Of a stretch of 64,000 nucleotides of DNA, positions 56,108 to 64,000 are shown one piece after another; the stretch's first letter is position 1, and the number at the start of each line of letters is the position of its first letter. The notes below the pieces were generated by a model. It was not told the DNA's origin. It did not search any database and worked only from the letters and a program-made list of their open reading frames with translations. Source of the stretch: a virus; IMG/VR virus record IMGVR_UViG_3300046804_004208, positions 39,862 to 103,861 of that record; one strand, given 5' to 3'. A program made the position numbers and the translations under genes.

Positions 56108-56672
56108 TTACCACGTCCTCAACCTTTGGATATTTCACAACAACATCTGCACAGATCTTGTAGTAAGGACTTTCTGGATGAAACATAATTCCAGATTTAT
56201 ATGCTTCACCGCACTTTAATAATCTAACTAATTCAAAGTCTAGTCTTGCTTTGTCAGTTTCTGCTTGCTGTCTAGCAATTTCAGTTGCTGCTCTTTTCTT
56301 ACATAATTCCATTAGGTTCCCATCTAAAGGAATGTTAAGACCAGCGGAAATCCCCCAGTTACCATTGCGTGTTGCAAAGGTTTCTGGATCATCACTATTA
56401 TTACCACTATTCATTAAGAATGGAGACACTGAGAACGTTGCTCCTTGACAACTAACCCCCGACCCGTAGGTATTAACTGCATATGGACCCTGCAATACCT
56501 GAACCGCCTGGTTAGTGACGTTTCCAGTAGCACTAGCAGAAGGACCAGCAATATTGGTGTTACTAGGAGCGGGAGTACTTTGTGCATTTGCAACTCCTGC
56601 AAATGAGATTATTGTGTAAAGACAGAGATTGATGTAGTGGTTGATTGAGTTTCTGTAGTGCGATCTATCCAT
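56085..56672 (-). CDS. Exported protein with Cys residues and coiled coil
   Basis: Signal-like ...ISFAGVANAQ; start uncertain. Confidence 0.7.
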   Translation of the reverse strand: MDRSHYRNSINHYINLCLYTIISFAGVANAQSTPAPSNTNIAGPSASATGNVTNQAVQVLQGPYAVNTYGSGVSCQGATFSVSPFLMNSGNNSDDPETFATRNGNWGISAGLNIPLDGNLMELCKKRAATEIARQQAETDKARLDFELVRLLKCGEAYKSGIMFHPESPYYKICADVVVKYPKVEDVVNGTNKTN

Positions 56673-56968
56673 GTTTCTTTAGCCAATCCAGGTCCGAGGT
56701 ATGTTTCACTGAACTGGAAAGGAGCACCAGGAGTTATGATGCTATAGTTTGCCCCAGGAGCAGGAGTCCCAGGGATGTTGATATTTGTTCCAGTTACAGT
56801 ATAAGATTCACCAGTTGTATATTCAACTTGACGAATTGTTTCTATTACTTTTGTTGTTGATTCTGTAGTTGCATTGATTGTACCCCTAGTAAAATTAGGC
56901 ACAACATTTTCTGCTAGGGTAGGTGAAGAAAACCCTAGCAGGAATAAACCTGCTAGGATATGTCTCAT
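56609..56968 (-). CDS. Exported Thr-rich beta protein
   Basis: Signal peptide; C-terminus SISVFTQ. Confidence 0.75.
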   Translation of the reverse strand: MRHILAGLFLLGFSSPTLAENVVPNFTRGTINATTESTTKVIETIRQVEYTTGESYTVTGTNINIPGTPAPGANYSIITPGAPFQFSETYLGPGLAKETWIDRTTETQSTTTSISVFTQ

Positions 56969-57456
56969 TTGAATACGCTCAGTTCAATACTACGTTGTGC
57001 AGTTGCTGTGGTTCCTGCACCACCAGCAGTAACTGTAGGAACACCAGTTCCACTTAGAGTACCAGCAAGAGTTCCTTTTTCTCCACCAGGTTGAGTAATA
57101 GTATCTCCATAAAGATTTGGAGATCCAACAACACCATTAGTGACAGTTTGGGAAGTTAAAGGAACATCACCAACAATACCAGTTTCTGAAAATGTAAACG
57201 CTTGTCCATTGGTATTGATACCATAGGTTCCATCAGTGATAGAAGCAGGAGCAGTTGTAGAACCAGTTGATAAACCACCAAGAGTAGTTACATCAATATT
57301 TGATCCTGAGACGGAATATGAACTACCAATTCTGGTTGATTGAATCGCAGCACCATCAACTTTTAATTGAACAGAATCAGTAATTCTTGATGTGATTTCA
57401 GCAGCATTAACTGGAATAGTGAAGAATAACGAAAAGGCTAGAATGAGTCTTTTCAT
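56965..57456 (-). CDS. Exported Thr/Gly-rich beta protein
   Basis: Signal peptide (VNA|AE); C-terminus IELSVFK. Confidence 0.75.
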   Translation of the reverse strand: MKRLILAFSLFFTIPVNAAEITSRITDSVQLKVDGAAIQSTRIGSSYSVSGSNIDVTTLGGLSTGSTTAPASITDGTYGINTNGQAFTFSETGIVGDVPLTSQTVTNGVVGSPNLYGDTITQPGGEKGTLAGTLSGTGVPTVTAGGAGTTATAQRSIELSVFK

Positions 57457-57499
57457 TTTTCTTATTTTGTGATAAACACTACTGCTATTTATTGTAAAA

Positions 57500-59446
57500 T
57501 TATCTTGGTATGATTGGCAAATAAAATATTGGCGTTGATGTTTCCCGATCTGTGGGTGCAGAATAAGTTGTTATTCTGTCTATTTCTGTCCAAGTTGAAT
57601 TATCGTTTGATCCATATACAATCCAAGATTTTGGGTCTTGAGTGCTAGCATTATCTGCAGTTGTCCATTTATAACCTGTTATATCTAGTGAGGATAATAG
57701 ATCAATTGTTAATGATACTGGAAGTGATGAACTTGTAAATTTAGTAGATGTTGAAGAATCTATTAAATTACTTGGATTTAAACCTCCACTACTAGAAATT
57801 ATAGTTCCGTATGGATATAAAATATTTGATTGATTATATGTCAATATAAATTCTGCCACTTGAGTTGATGAAGAAGATCTTGCTTGTGTTATTTCCCATT
57901 TAATGTATCTATATGAAACTTTTAAATCTTGAGTATTTTTCGAAGGAAATTTTCTTGTAAGTCTTGGACCCCAAATTAATCTAACCGCACCATTTCCACC
58001 ATCTTCATAATCTAGATCAGTGTTGTCTGATCCTGCTCCACCACCACCAAAATCTCCTGGTTTTGATGGTTGATAGTCTAAACCACCCCTAAATCCTTGA
58101 GCACCAGATGGATATGTTGCGCTTTCTCCATTAGATCCTCCTGTACCTCCACCACCATCATTATTTGATCCTTGTCCTCCAGATCCGCTAGAACCCTCTC
58201 CATAAATTCCTACACCTCCACCAGATCCAGAAGTATCTGATGATCCACTTCCTCCTCCACCACCACCTGCTCCACCAGATCCTGCTGAACCACCTTGACC
58301 TACGTTACTAACAACATTTCCACCATTTCCACCATTTCCACTATAACCTCCTGCACCACCACCACCTCCAGAATCATTTGAAGATCCACCTCGTGTACCA
58401 CCACTTCCACCATTTCCCCCACCATCTCCAACATATGTTCCACCAGTTCCTCCAATATCATTAAGATAAATTGCACCTTGTCCGCCTTTACCTGCAACTG
58501 TTGTATTGCTTATAAAATAACTTTCTCCACCATTAGATGCTCTATTGGTGGAACTAACGATTTGTCTTACTCCTCCTTTACCAACAGTGATGTCATATGT
58601 GCTTCCTGGAGATACTGGTATTGTATTTTTCCATCCTAATCCTCCACCACCAGCTCCAGAAGATCCTGATGCTCCACCTGCTCCTCCTCCACCACCACCA
58701 ACGCATACTGCAGAAACCTCATAAACTCCTTGTGGACAAGTCCAAGTACGTGTTTGTGAGAATGTATTTACTCTATACCCGCTATTTGATAGTATATTAA
58801 ATGATTTAAAACCAGATGATCTATCATAAAATCCAGAAACACCAGCTCTTGTGGTGTTTATATGTATGTCCATTGTGCTTATTCCAGTTGAGAAACCATT
58901 TTCATAAAAGGTAATTGACCAAACTAAAGGTTGTGTATCATAATTATTAAAACCTGCATATATTATTTGTGTTTGTTTATTTGGAGTTGTTCCTGAAGTT
59001 ATTTTTACTGGACCATTGTATCCATACTTGTTAATATCATTATAAAAGCTTCCTCCATAAAATTCAGTTCCAGTTGAAGCACATATAAAAATTTTATCGT
59101 ATGGTATTGTATTTGGTGATGTGAAAGTTGGATTGGTATTGTGAGAATAGTTATTATCATTAAAAACAATATAACTATCTGCCCCAAGAAAAATAGAATT
59201 GTATGTGTTTCCATTAAACCATACATAAAAACCTAAATCTATGTAAGGTATAGATAAATCTTTTGCATATCCATTTCTTGTGTCTGTTACGGATAAGTTG
59301 GTATTGATTAGTGTTGGAATGGTTACTTTTGGTATTTTTACAATTTCTGTATCATCTATTTTAAAAAGTTGTTGTCCAGTTTCTGTTGTATTTGAAACTG
59401 TAGGTGTTATTGTTGGGACATTAAGTAAGTTTTGAATGATTGTCAT
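57500..59446 (-). CDS. Glycine-rich tail fibre/adhesin with C-terminal discoidin (F5/8 type C)-like domain
   Basis: Poly-Gly GGGGAG runs; YRYIKW...DPKSWIVYGSNDNSTWT. Confidence 0.75.
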   Translation of the reverse strand: MTIIQNLLNVPTITPTVSNTTETGQQLFKIDDTEIVKIPKVTIPTLINTNLSVTDTRNGYAKDLSIPYIDLGFYVWFNGNTYNSIFLGADSYIVFNDNNYSHNTNPTFTSPNTIPYDKIFICASTGTEFYGGSFYNDINKYGYNGPVKITSGTTPNKQTQIIYAGFNNYDTQPLVWSITFYENGFSTGISTMDIHINTTRAGVSGFYDRSSGFKSFNILSNSGYRVNTFSQTRTWTCPQGVYEVSAVCVGGGGGGAGGASGSSGAGGGGLGWKNTIPVSPGSTYDITVGKGGVRQIVSSTNRASNGGESYFISNTTVAGKGGQGAIYLNDIGGTGGTYVGDGGGNGGSGGTRGGSSNDSGGGGGAGGYSGNGGNGGNVVSNVGQGGSAGSGGAGGGGGGSGSSDTSGSGGGVGIYGEGSSGSGGQGSNNDGGGGTGGSNGESATYPSGAQGFRGGLDYQPSKPGDFGGGGAGSDNTDLDYEDGGNGAVRLIWGPRLTRKFPSKNTQDLKVSYRYIKWEITQARSSSSTQVAEFILTYNQSNILYPYGTIISSSGGLNPSNLIDSSTSTKFTSSSLPVSLTIDLLSSLDITGYKWTTADNASTQDPKSWIVYGSNDNSTWTEIDRITTYSAPTDRETSTPIFYLPIIPR

Positions 59447-59449
59447 GAG

Positions 59450-60025
59450 TTAAGTTAAACCAGTTCCTGCGATTACAAAAGTTGGAGTTGAACCACCGGT
59501 TATACAAAGTAAAGTACACAATCCTCTTTGTGCTAGTGTTCTTGTTGTTGTATTTACCGCAGTTCCAGATAGGTATAGTGTTATATTTGCTTCTTGACCT
59601 GATTGTTTTGATATGCTTATATCTGATGAGGAGTTATTATAAATGGTAATTGTATCACCCGAAGAAAATACCGAAACTGGTATTAATACGTTTGAATTTG
59701 TTGCAATGTGTTTTCCAGTGTCTGATCCACTTAATGTGTATTGAGTTGTCTTTAAGTTTTGTGGAACTCCAGATATGATTGAACCTTGAACACCTTGAGA
59801 ACCTTGACTGCTTAAACCTTGTAATCCTTGAGTACCTTGTAAACCTTGTAAACCTTGAGTACCTTGAAGTCCTTGGAGTCCTTGGAATCCTTGGGTACCC
59901 TGAAGACCTTGAAGTCCTTGAGTGCCTTGACTACTTAAACCTTGAAGTCCTTGAGTACCTTGTAATCCTTGAGTACCTTGAAGACCTATAAAACTACTTC
60001 CCAATAATCCAGATAGTGTTGGCAT
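59450..60025 (-). CDS. Collagen-like repeat virion/fibre protein
   Basis: Repeated GLQGTQ (Gly-X-Gln) triplets; C-terminal phage fibre-type domain. Confidence 0.75.
   Translation of the reverse strand: MPTLSGLLGSSFIGLQGTQGLQGTQGLQGLSSQGTQGLQGLQGTQGFQGLQGLQGTQGLQGLQGTQGLQGLSSQGSQGVQGSIISGVPQNLKTTQYTLSGSDTGKHIATNSNVLIPVSVFSSGDTITIYNNSSSDISISKQSGQEANITLYLSGTAVNTTTRTLAQRGLCTLLCITGGSTPTFVIAGTGLT
59779..59986 (-). repeat. 9-bp-period collagen-coding repeat
   Basis: Repeated ccttg units (GxQ codons on the minus strand). Confidence 0.85.
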
Positions 60026-60099
60026 TATAATTTTGAATACTATTGAAATTATTTATTTTTAAAATACTTGACAAAACCTAAATATACCCTGTATTATGG

Positions 60100-60215
60100 A
60101 AAATCCCATAGCAGGGATTACATCATGAGATTTTGATGTGACATTAGAGCCGTGGAGATTGCCTTTTGAGAAAAAGGTGTACCCCTTTCTCTATACGGAT
60201 GTAGAGTTCAATTAA
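60100..60215 (+). ncRNA. Structured 5' leader RNA (possibly wcaG-like cyanophage motif)
   Basis: TTGACA at 60068; hairpins aatccc/gggatt, catca/tgatg and gccttt/aaaggt; ccgt...acgg enclosing stem; family assignment from memory only. Confidence 0.4.
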
Positions 60216-60220
60216 ATTTA

Positions 60221-60844
60221 GTGCAAAACTTCTTTACTGTAGCCCTGCCCCTTTTGGCAACGGTTACAACCAGTACGGCAACACTGCCATCATCTGCTAG
60301 TGCTCCTTCATATTCCATTATTAAGGAGTTTGAACCAGAGAAGACAGCGATCCTAGAGGTTGCTCCCGAAAAGCCAAAAGAGAAAAGGCTAATTTGTAAA
60401 GGGTGTTCAGAATATGAAAACCTTGCTGTTGAATATTTTCAAGAACAAGGAATTAGAGACAGAAACGCCCTTGCTACCATCCTTGGCAATATTAAGCAAG
60501 AATCTATGTTTGCGCCTAATATTTGTGAAGGTGGTAGCAGGACCAGTTACCGTGGCTGCTGGCGTGGTTACGGTTTGATCCAATGGACATCTGCCGATCG
60601 TTATTATGGATTGGGTGATTTTGCTAAAAAGTATGGTGGAGATCCATCATCACTTCAAACGCAACTTCGTTATCTAACAAATGAGGTTCAGTGGCAACGA
60701 ATCGTAGACCGCATGAAAACTCCTGGTAAGTCTATTGATCGTTACATGGACTATGCGTATAGTTGGATTGGTTGGGGCATTCATGGTGCCCGCACTTCGT
60801 ATGCTCATGAGTATGCTAACCGACTGATCACGGTAGAAGTTTGA
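60221..60844 (+). CDS. Exported phage-tail-lysozyme-like muramidase
   Basis: Signal-like N-terminus; LGNIKQES...GYGLIQWT...TQLRYL (Phage_lysozyme2-like). Confidence 0.75.
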   Translation: MQNFFTVALPLLATVTTSTATLPSSASAPSYSIIKEFEPEKTAILEVAPEKPKEKRLICKGCSEYENLAVEYFQEQGIRDRNALATILGNIKQESMFAPNICEGGSRTSYRGCWRGYGLIQWTSADRYYGLGDFAKKYGGDPSSLQTQLRYLTNEVQWQRIVDRMKTPGKSIDRYMDYAYSWIGWGIHGARTSYAHEYANRLITVEV

Positions 60845-60922
60845 TACAATAGAATAATAAGGGAGAATTATGTTTCTCCCTTTCTCGTATACATATAAAA
60901 GTAAAATTTACTGAAAAACATT

Positions 60923-61114
60923 ATGTCTAATACAGTACAACAAATCACCGATGCAGTAACTGCTTGGCAAACTGAAGACGAAAAGTTTGTTGGTGGAAAC
61001 AGTGCCGCAGGTACAAGAGCACGTAAGGCACTTCAGGAACTTTCAAAACTCGTCAAAGCACGTAGGTTGGAGATTTCTGAGGAGAAGAACGCTCGTAAGG
61101 CAGAAAAGGCTTGA
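60923..61114 (+). CDS. Histone H1-like (Hc1-family) protein
   Basis: KF..GNSAAGTRARKALQEL...R.EI motif. Confidence 0.75.
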   Translation: MSNTVQQITDAVTAWQTEDEKFVGGNSAAGTRARKALQELSKLVKARRLEISEEKNARKAEKA

Positions 61115-61225
61115 CGGGTAGGGTCTAGTACCTTATAATACTCTCATGGGCAGGCGAGGTTCCAACCCTTCCATAAGACCCACCCCCTTCATGCCTCTCA
61201 TAGAAGCACAAACAGAAGGGGTTAT

Positions 61226-61297
61226 GGGACTGTCGCCTATTGGATAAGGCCCACTGCTTATAACGGTGTGAAGAGGGTTCAATTCCCTCCAGTCCTA
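61226..61297 (+). tRNA. tRNA-Ile(TAT)
   Basis: GGGACTG/CAGTCCT acceptor; CACTG-CTTATAA-CGGTG; GAGGG-TTCAATT-CCCTC. Confidence 0.85.
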
Positions 61298-61320
61298 CTG
61301 GCAATCTTTTATTGTCTTAT

Positions 61321-61394
61321 GGGTTAGTAGCTCAGATGGATAGAGCAATTCACTTCTAATGAATTGGTCGGGGGTTCGAGTCCCTCCTAACCCG
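61321..61394 (+). tRNA. tRNA-Arg(TCT)
   Basis: Canonical cloverleaf; ATTCA-CTTCTAA-TGAAT; TTCGAGT T-loop. Confidence 0.95.
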
Positions 61395-61567
61395 CTTGGA
61401 GTTTATCTCCATATATAAACTGATAGAGGGTAAGTCCCTGTTATATCCTTATGAGATATAACACACTTACTCCATCAAATGTAGGAAGTGCAACACCTCT
61501 CGCTGGTTTAGACTGGATGATGTGAAAGGTGATTCTGTCCGCACATAGAAATCCCTCCTACCACCAT

Positions 61568-61640
61568 TCCCATCGACCGAGCAAGCGAACGGGCCCGACT
61601 GTTAATCGGAGATTGGTAGGGGCAGTACCTACGATGGGAG
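61568..61640 (+). tRNA. tRNA-Asn(GTT), non-canonical D and T loops
   Basis: TCCCATC/GATGGGA acceptor; CCGA-CTGTTAA-TCGG; T arm GTAGG-GGCAGTA-CCTAC. Confidence 0.75.
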
Positions 61641-61687
61641 TTCTAACCTTTAAAATATTATAAATAACAATAAAATTAGAGGTTAGA

Positions 61688-62227
61688 ATGTCTGGAAAAA
61701 GAGTTGTTGAATTTCGTCAAAGAAGAAAAAGATGGGCAGTTGAAGCATTTGGTGGAAAATGCGGTATTTGTGGTTATGATAAATGTGTTGAAGCATTAGA
61801 GTTTCATCATATAGACCCTAATCAAAAAGATTTTACACCATCAGCATCTGTAGCAAACCGACAAGTATTTGTTGAAGAACTTAGAAAGTGTGTTTGTTTG
61901 TGTTCTAACTGTCACCGTGAAGTTCATTCTGGTATTACCCAAATTCCAGATAATGTGTTAAAATTTGATGAAAATTTCTCTAATAAACCTGTTCCAGAAA
62001 AACCAAAGCACCCTTGTAAAGAGTGTGGAAAACTAACAATTATCAACCAACTATTTTGTTCAGTAAAGTGTTCTCGTAAAAATAGAGAAGTTACTGATTG
62101 GCCAAGTAATCAAGAACTACAAAAATTAGTTAATCAACACGGTTATCGTGGAACTGGTAGAATATTTGGTGTTAGTGATAATGCTGTTAGAAAAAGACTA
62201 AAACGCCCCCATAGTTTTAGCAGTTAA
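61688..62227 (+). mobile_element. HNH homing endonuclease within tRNA cluster
   Basis: CGICGY...LEFHH...KCVCLCSNCHREVH; C-terminal zinc finger and HTH; late promoter at 61659. Confidence 0.9.
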
Positions 62228-62278
62228 AATAATCGCCTTGTAAGCGATAGTCGCGGGTGCAAATCCTCGCTGGGGGCT
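62205..62278 (+). tRNA. tRNA-Thr(TGT)
   Basis: GCCCCCA/TGGGGGC acceptor; ATCGC-CTTGTAA-GCGAT; T-loop TGCAAAT with a bulged stem. Confidence 0.78.
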
Positions 62279-62356
62279 TGACATAATACTCATTATGTCT
62301 TATACTTTTCCTATCCGTGTGAAGGAAATGTGCTGGGAGAGAAATCTCCCACTTTT

Positions 62357-62427
62357 GCGAATGTGGTGTAGCGGTAACATCCCATCCTTCCAAGTTGGTG
62401 TCACGGGTTCGATCCCCGTCATTCGCT
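62357..62427 (+). tRNA. tRNA-Gly(TCC)
   Basis: GCGAATG/CATTCGC acceptor with U73; loop CTTCCAA; TTCGATC T-loop. Confidence 0.9.
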
Positions 62428-62556
62428 TATAAAACGTAAAAACCGAAAAGGCTTGACTGATCCCAAAGGAAATGTTAAGATAAATACCGTGAAGTGATGT
62501 TGCCTCAACTACTCGCATAGTCACACATTATGTCCTATAGAACAAAAACAAATTTT

Positions 62557-64000
62557 ATGAAACTCAAACAACTGATGCTTGCACCTGTTGCTCTGGGAAT
62601 GGTTGCTCCTGTTGCTGCGAATGCTGCAGATCTCAATATGGCAGCAGTCAACCAATATGCTTCCTCCGAGCAGGTTACAAGTATTAATCAACTTTCTGAT
62701 GTTCAACCTACCGATTGGGCTTATCAAGCACTTTCTAATCTTGTTGAGCGTTATGGATGTGTTGCTGGTTATCCTAATGGCACTTATGGTGGTGGTAAGG
62801 CAATGACCCGTTATGAGGCAGCAGCACTTCTTAATGCGTGCCTTGATCGTGTAACCGAACAAACTGATGAACTGAAGCGTCTTGCTAACGAATTCCGTGA
62901 TGAACTGACTGTAATTCAGGGTAAAGTTGCTTCTCTTGAAACTCAAGTTGGTGAACTTGAAGCAACCCAGTTCTCCACCACTACTAAACTCCGTGGTGAA
63001 GCATCCTTCGTTCTCGGTAACGTTGATGATTATCAAACTAAAGGTGGTGATGTAACTCACGCTGCATTTAACTACGATCTTCGTCTAAACCTGGATACCT
63101 CATTCACTGGTAAGGATCTACTCAAGACCCGTTTGCGTTCTGCTAACTTTAGTAGTGATCCTTTTGGTTCTAGTTCTTCTCTGTTCAAACTGGACAAAGC
63201 AGACAACACTTCCAGTGAAGTTGGTAACAATGTAGTCATCGACCGTCTGTATTATTCATTCCCCGTGTTCAATGGAAGCACCACTCTGACTGCTGGTGCT
63301 GCTGTTCGTAACACTGAGATCTCCTGGGTTCCTTCTGCATACAAGTCTGGTATTCTTGACTTCTTTGCTGTTGCTGGTACTCCTGGTGTTTATAACAAGG
63401 CAACTGGTGCTGGTTTCGGTGTTCAGTATGGTAAGAAGGGTCTTGTTGCTGGTGTAAACTATGTTGCCCAAGCAGGTCAAAATAGTTCCAAGGGTGAGTT
63501 TGATGAGACTGGTGCTCTGAACACTCTGGCACAAATCGGTTATCGTGGAACTAACTGGGGTGCTGCTTTCGGTTATCGTTATGGTACTGAAGGCACCCGT
63601 GTTCGTACCTACAACGGTCTTGATGGTGCTTCTGGTACTCTGGTTCCTGGTCAAACCTCTAACGGTTATGCTCTGAACGCATACTGGCAACCTAAGAAGT
63701 CTGGTATTGTTCCTTCTGTCTCCGCAGGTTATGGTTGGAACACTGTAAGTGGTACTCAAAGTGCTGCTACCAACAGTCAGTCCTGGATGGCAGGTCTGAC
63801 TTGGGATGATGTGTTTGTTGATGGAAACTCTGCTGGTGTTGCTATCGGTCAAGCACCTACTGGTGAAGATCTGGAGAAGGCAACGATGCTTGAAGTTTTC
63901 TACAAGTATCAAGTGTCTGATAACATCAGCGTCACTCCTGCTATCATCTACGGTAGTGACAACCAACGTCTTGCTGGTAACTCCTCTAACTGGGGTGGTG
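62557..64000 (+). CDS. Cyanobacterial-type porin (SLH domain + OprB/Som-like barrel), truncated by window end
   Basis: Read manually (absent from ORF track): MKLKQLMLAPVALG...SDVQPTDWAYQALSNLVERYGCVAGYPNG...MTRYEAAALLNACLD...QFSTTTKLRGE. Confidence 0.93.
   Translation, partial: MKLKQLMLAPVALGMVAPVAANAADLNMAAVNQYASSEQVTSINQLSDVQPTDWAYQALSNLVERYGCVAGYPNGTYGGGKAMTRYEAAALLNACLDRVTEQTDELKRLANEFRDELTVIQGKVASLETQVGELEATQFSTTTKLRGEASFVLGNVDDYQTKGGDVTHAAFNYDLRLNLDTSFTGKDLLKTRLRSANFSSDPFGSSSSLFKLDKADNTSSEVGNNVVIDRLYYSFPVFNGSTTLTAGAAVRNTEISWVPSAYKSGILDFFAVAGTPGVYNKATGAGFGVQYGKKGLVAGVNYVAQAGQNSSKGEFDETGALNTLAQIGYRGTNWGAAFGYRYGTEGTRVRTYNGLDGASGTLVPGQTSNGYALNAYWQPKKSGIVPSVSAGYGWNTVSGTQSAATNSQSWMAGLTWDDVFVDGNSAGVAIGQAPTGEDLEKATMLEVFYKYQVSDNISVTPAIIYGSDNQRLAGNSSNWGG

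Noticed and set aside
59779-59986. CRISPR-like or non-coding repeat array
   Set aside because: 9-bp periodicity with no unique spacers; it encodes collagen-like G-X-Q triplets in an intact ORF
61321-61394. Amber suppressor tRNA / genetic-code reassignment
   Set aside because: The loop CTTCTAA has TCT (Arg) in the anticodon position, not CTA; core genes are intact in code 11 and TAG terminates g44
62521-63966. Minus-strand ORFs 62521-63060 and 63256-63966
   Set aside because: Antisense shadows of the plus-strand porin gene

Overview
This window is a 64 kb segment of a T4-like cyanomyovirus (Kyanoviridae-like). A Synechococcus/Cyanobium-type host is inferred from a cyanobacterial SLH-porin and the hsp20/mazG/cobS-like gene set. 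Gene order: tail sheath/tube, portal, prohead protease/scaffold and major capsid (g18-g23); g3, uvsY, uvsW, g55, g47, g46; a block of low-complexity late proteins; a CobT/CobS-like vWA + AAA pair; replisome genes (g45, g44, g62, regA, g43, uvsX, g41, g61); dam, mazG, nrdAB; a lysis/envelope cluster; minus-strand exported and tail-fibre genes; seven tRNAs; and a porin running off the right end. There are three free-standing homing endonucleases. Most notable: (1) an apparent programmed -1 frameshift (G GGA AAG, 6-nt spacer, hairpin) joining a small domain, shared with the neighbouring C39 peptidase, to a GH24 lysozyme; (2) a dispersed family of modular late proteins with shared acidic motifs, candidate gp21 cleavage sites and capsid-targeting-like N-termini; (3) a homing-endonuclease insertion that appears to have replaced the nrdB 3' end, with unusual E->Q changes, leaving the old tail 1.2 kb downstream; (4) atypical tRNAs and unassigned structured RNAs. 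All assignments come from motif recognition and synteny by eye; no searches were run.
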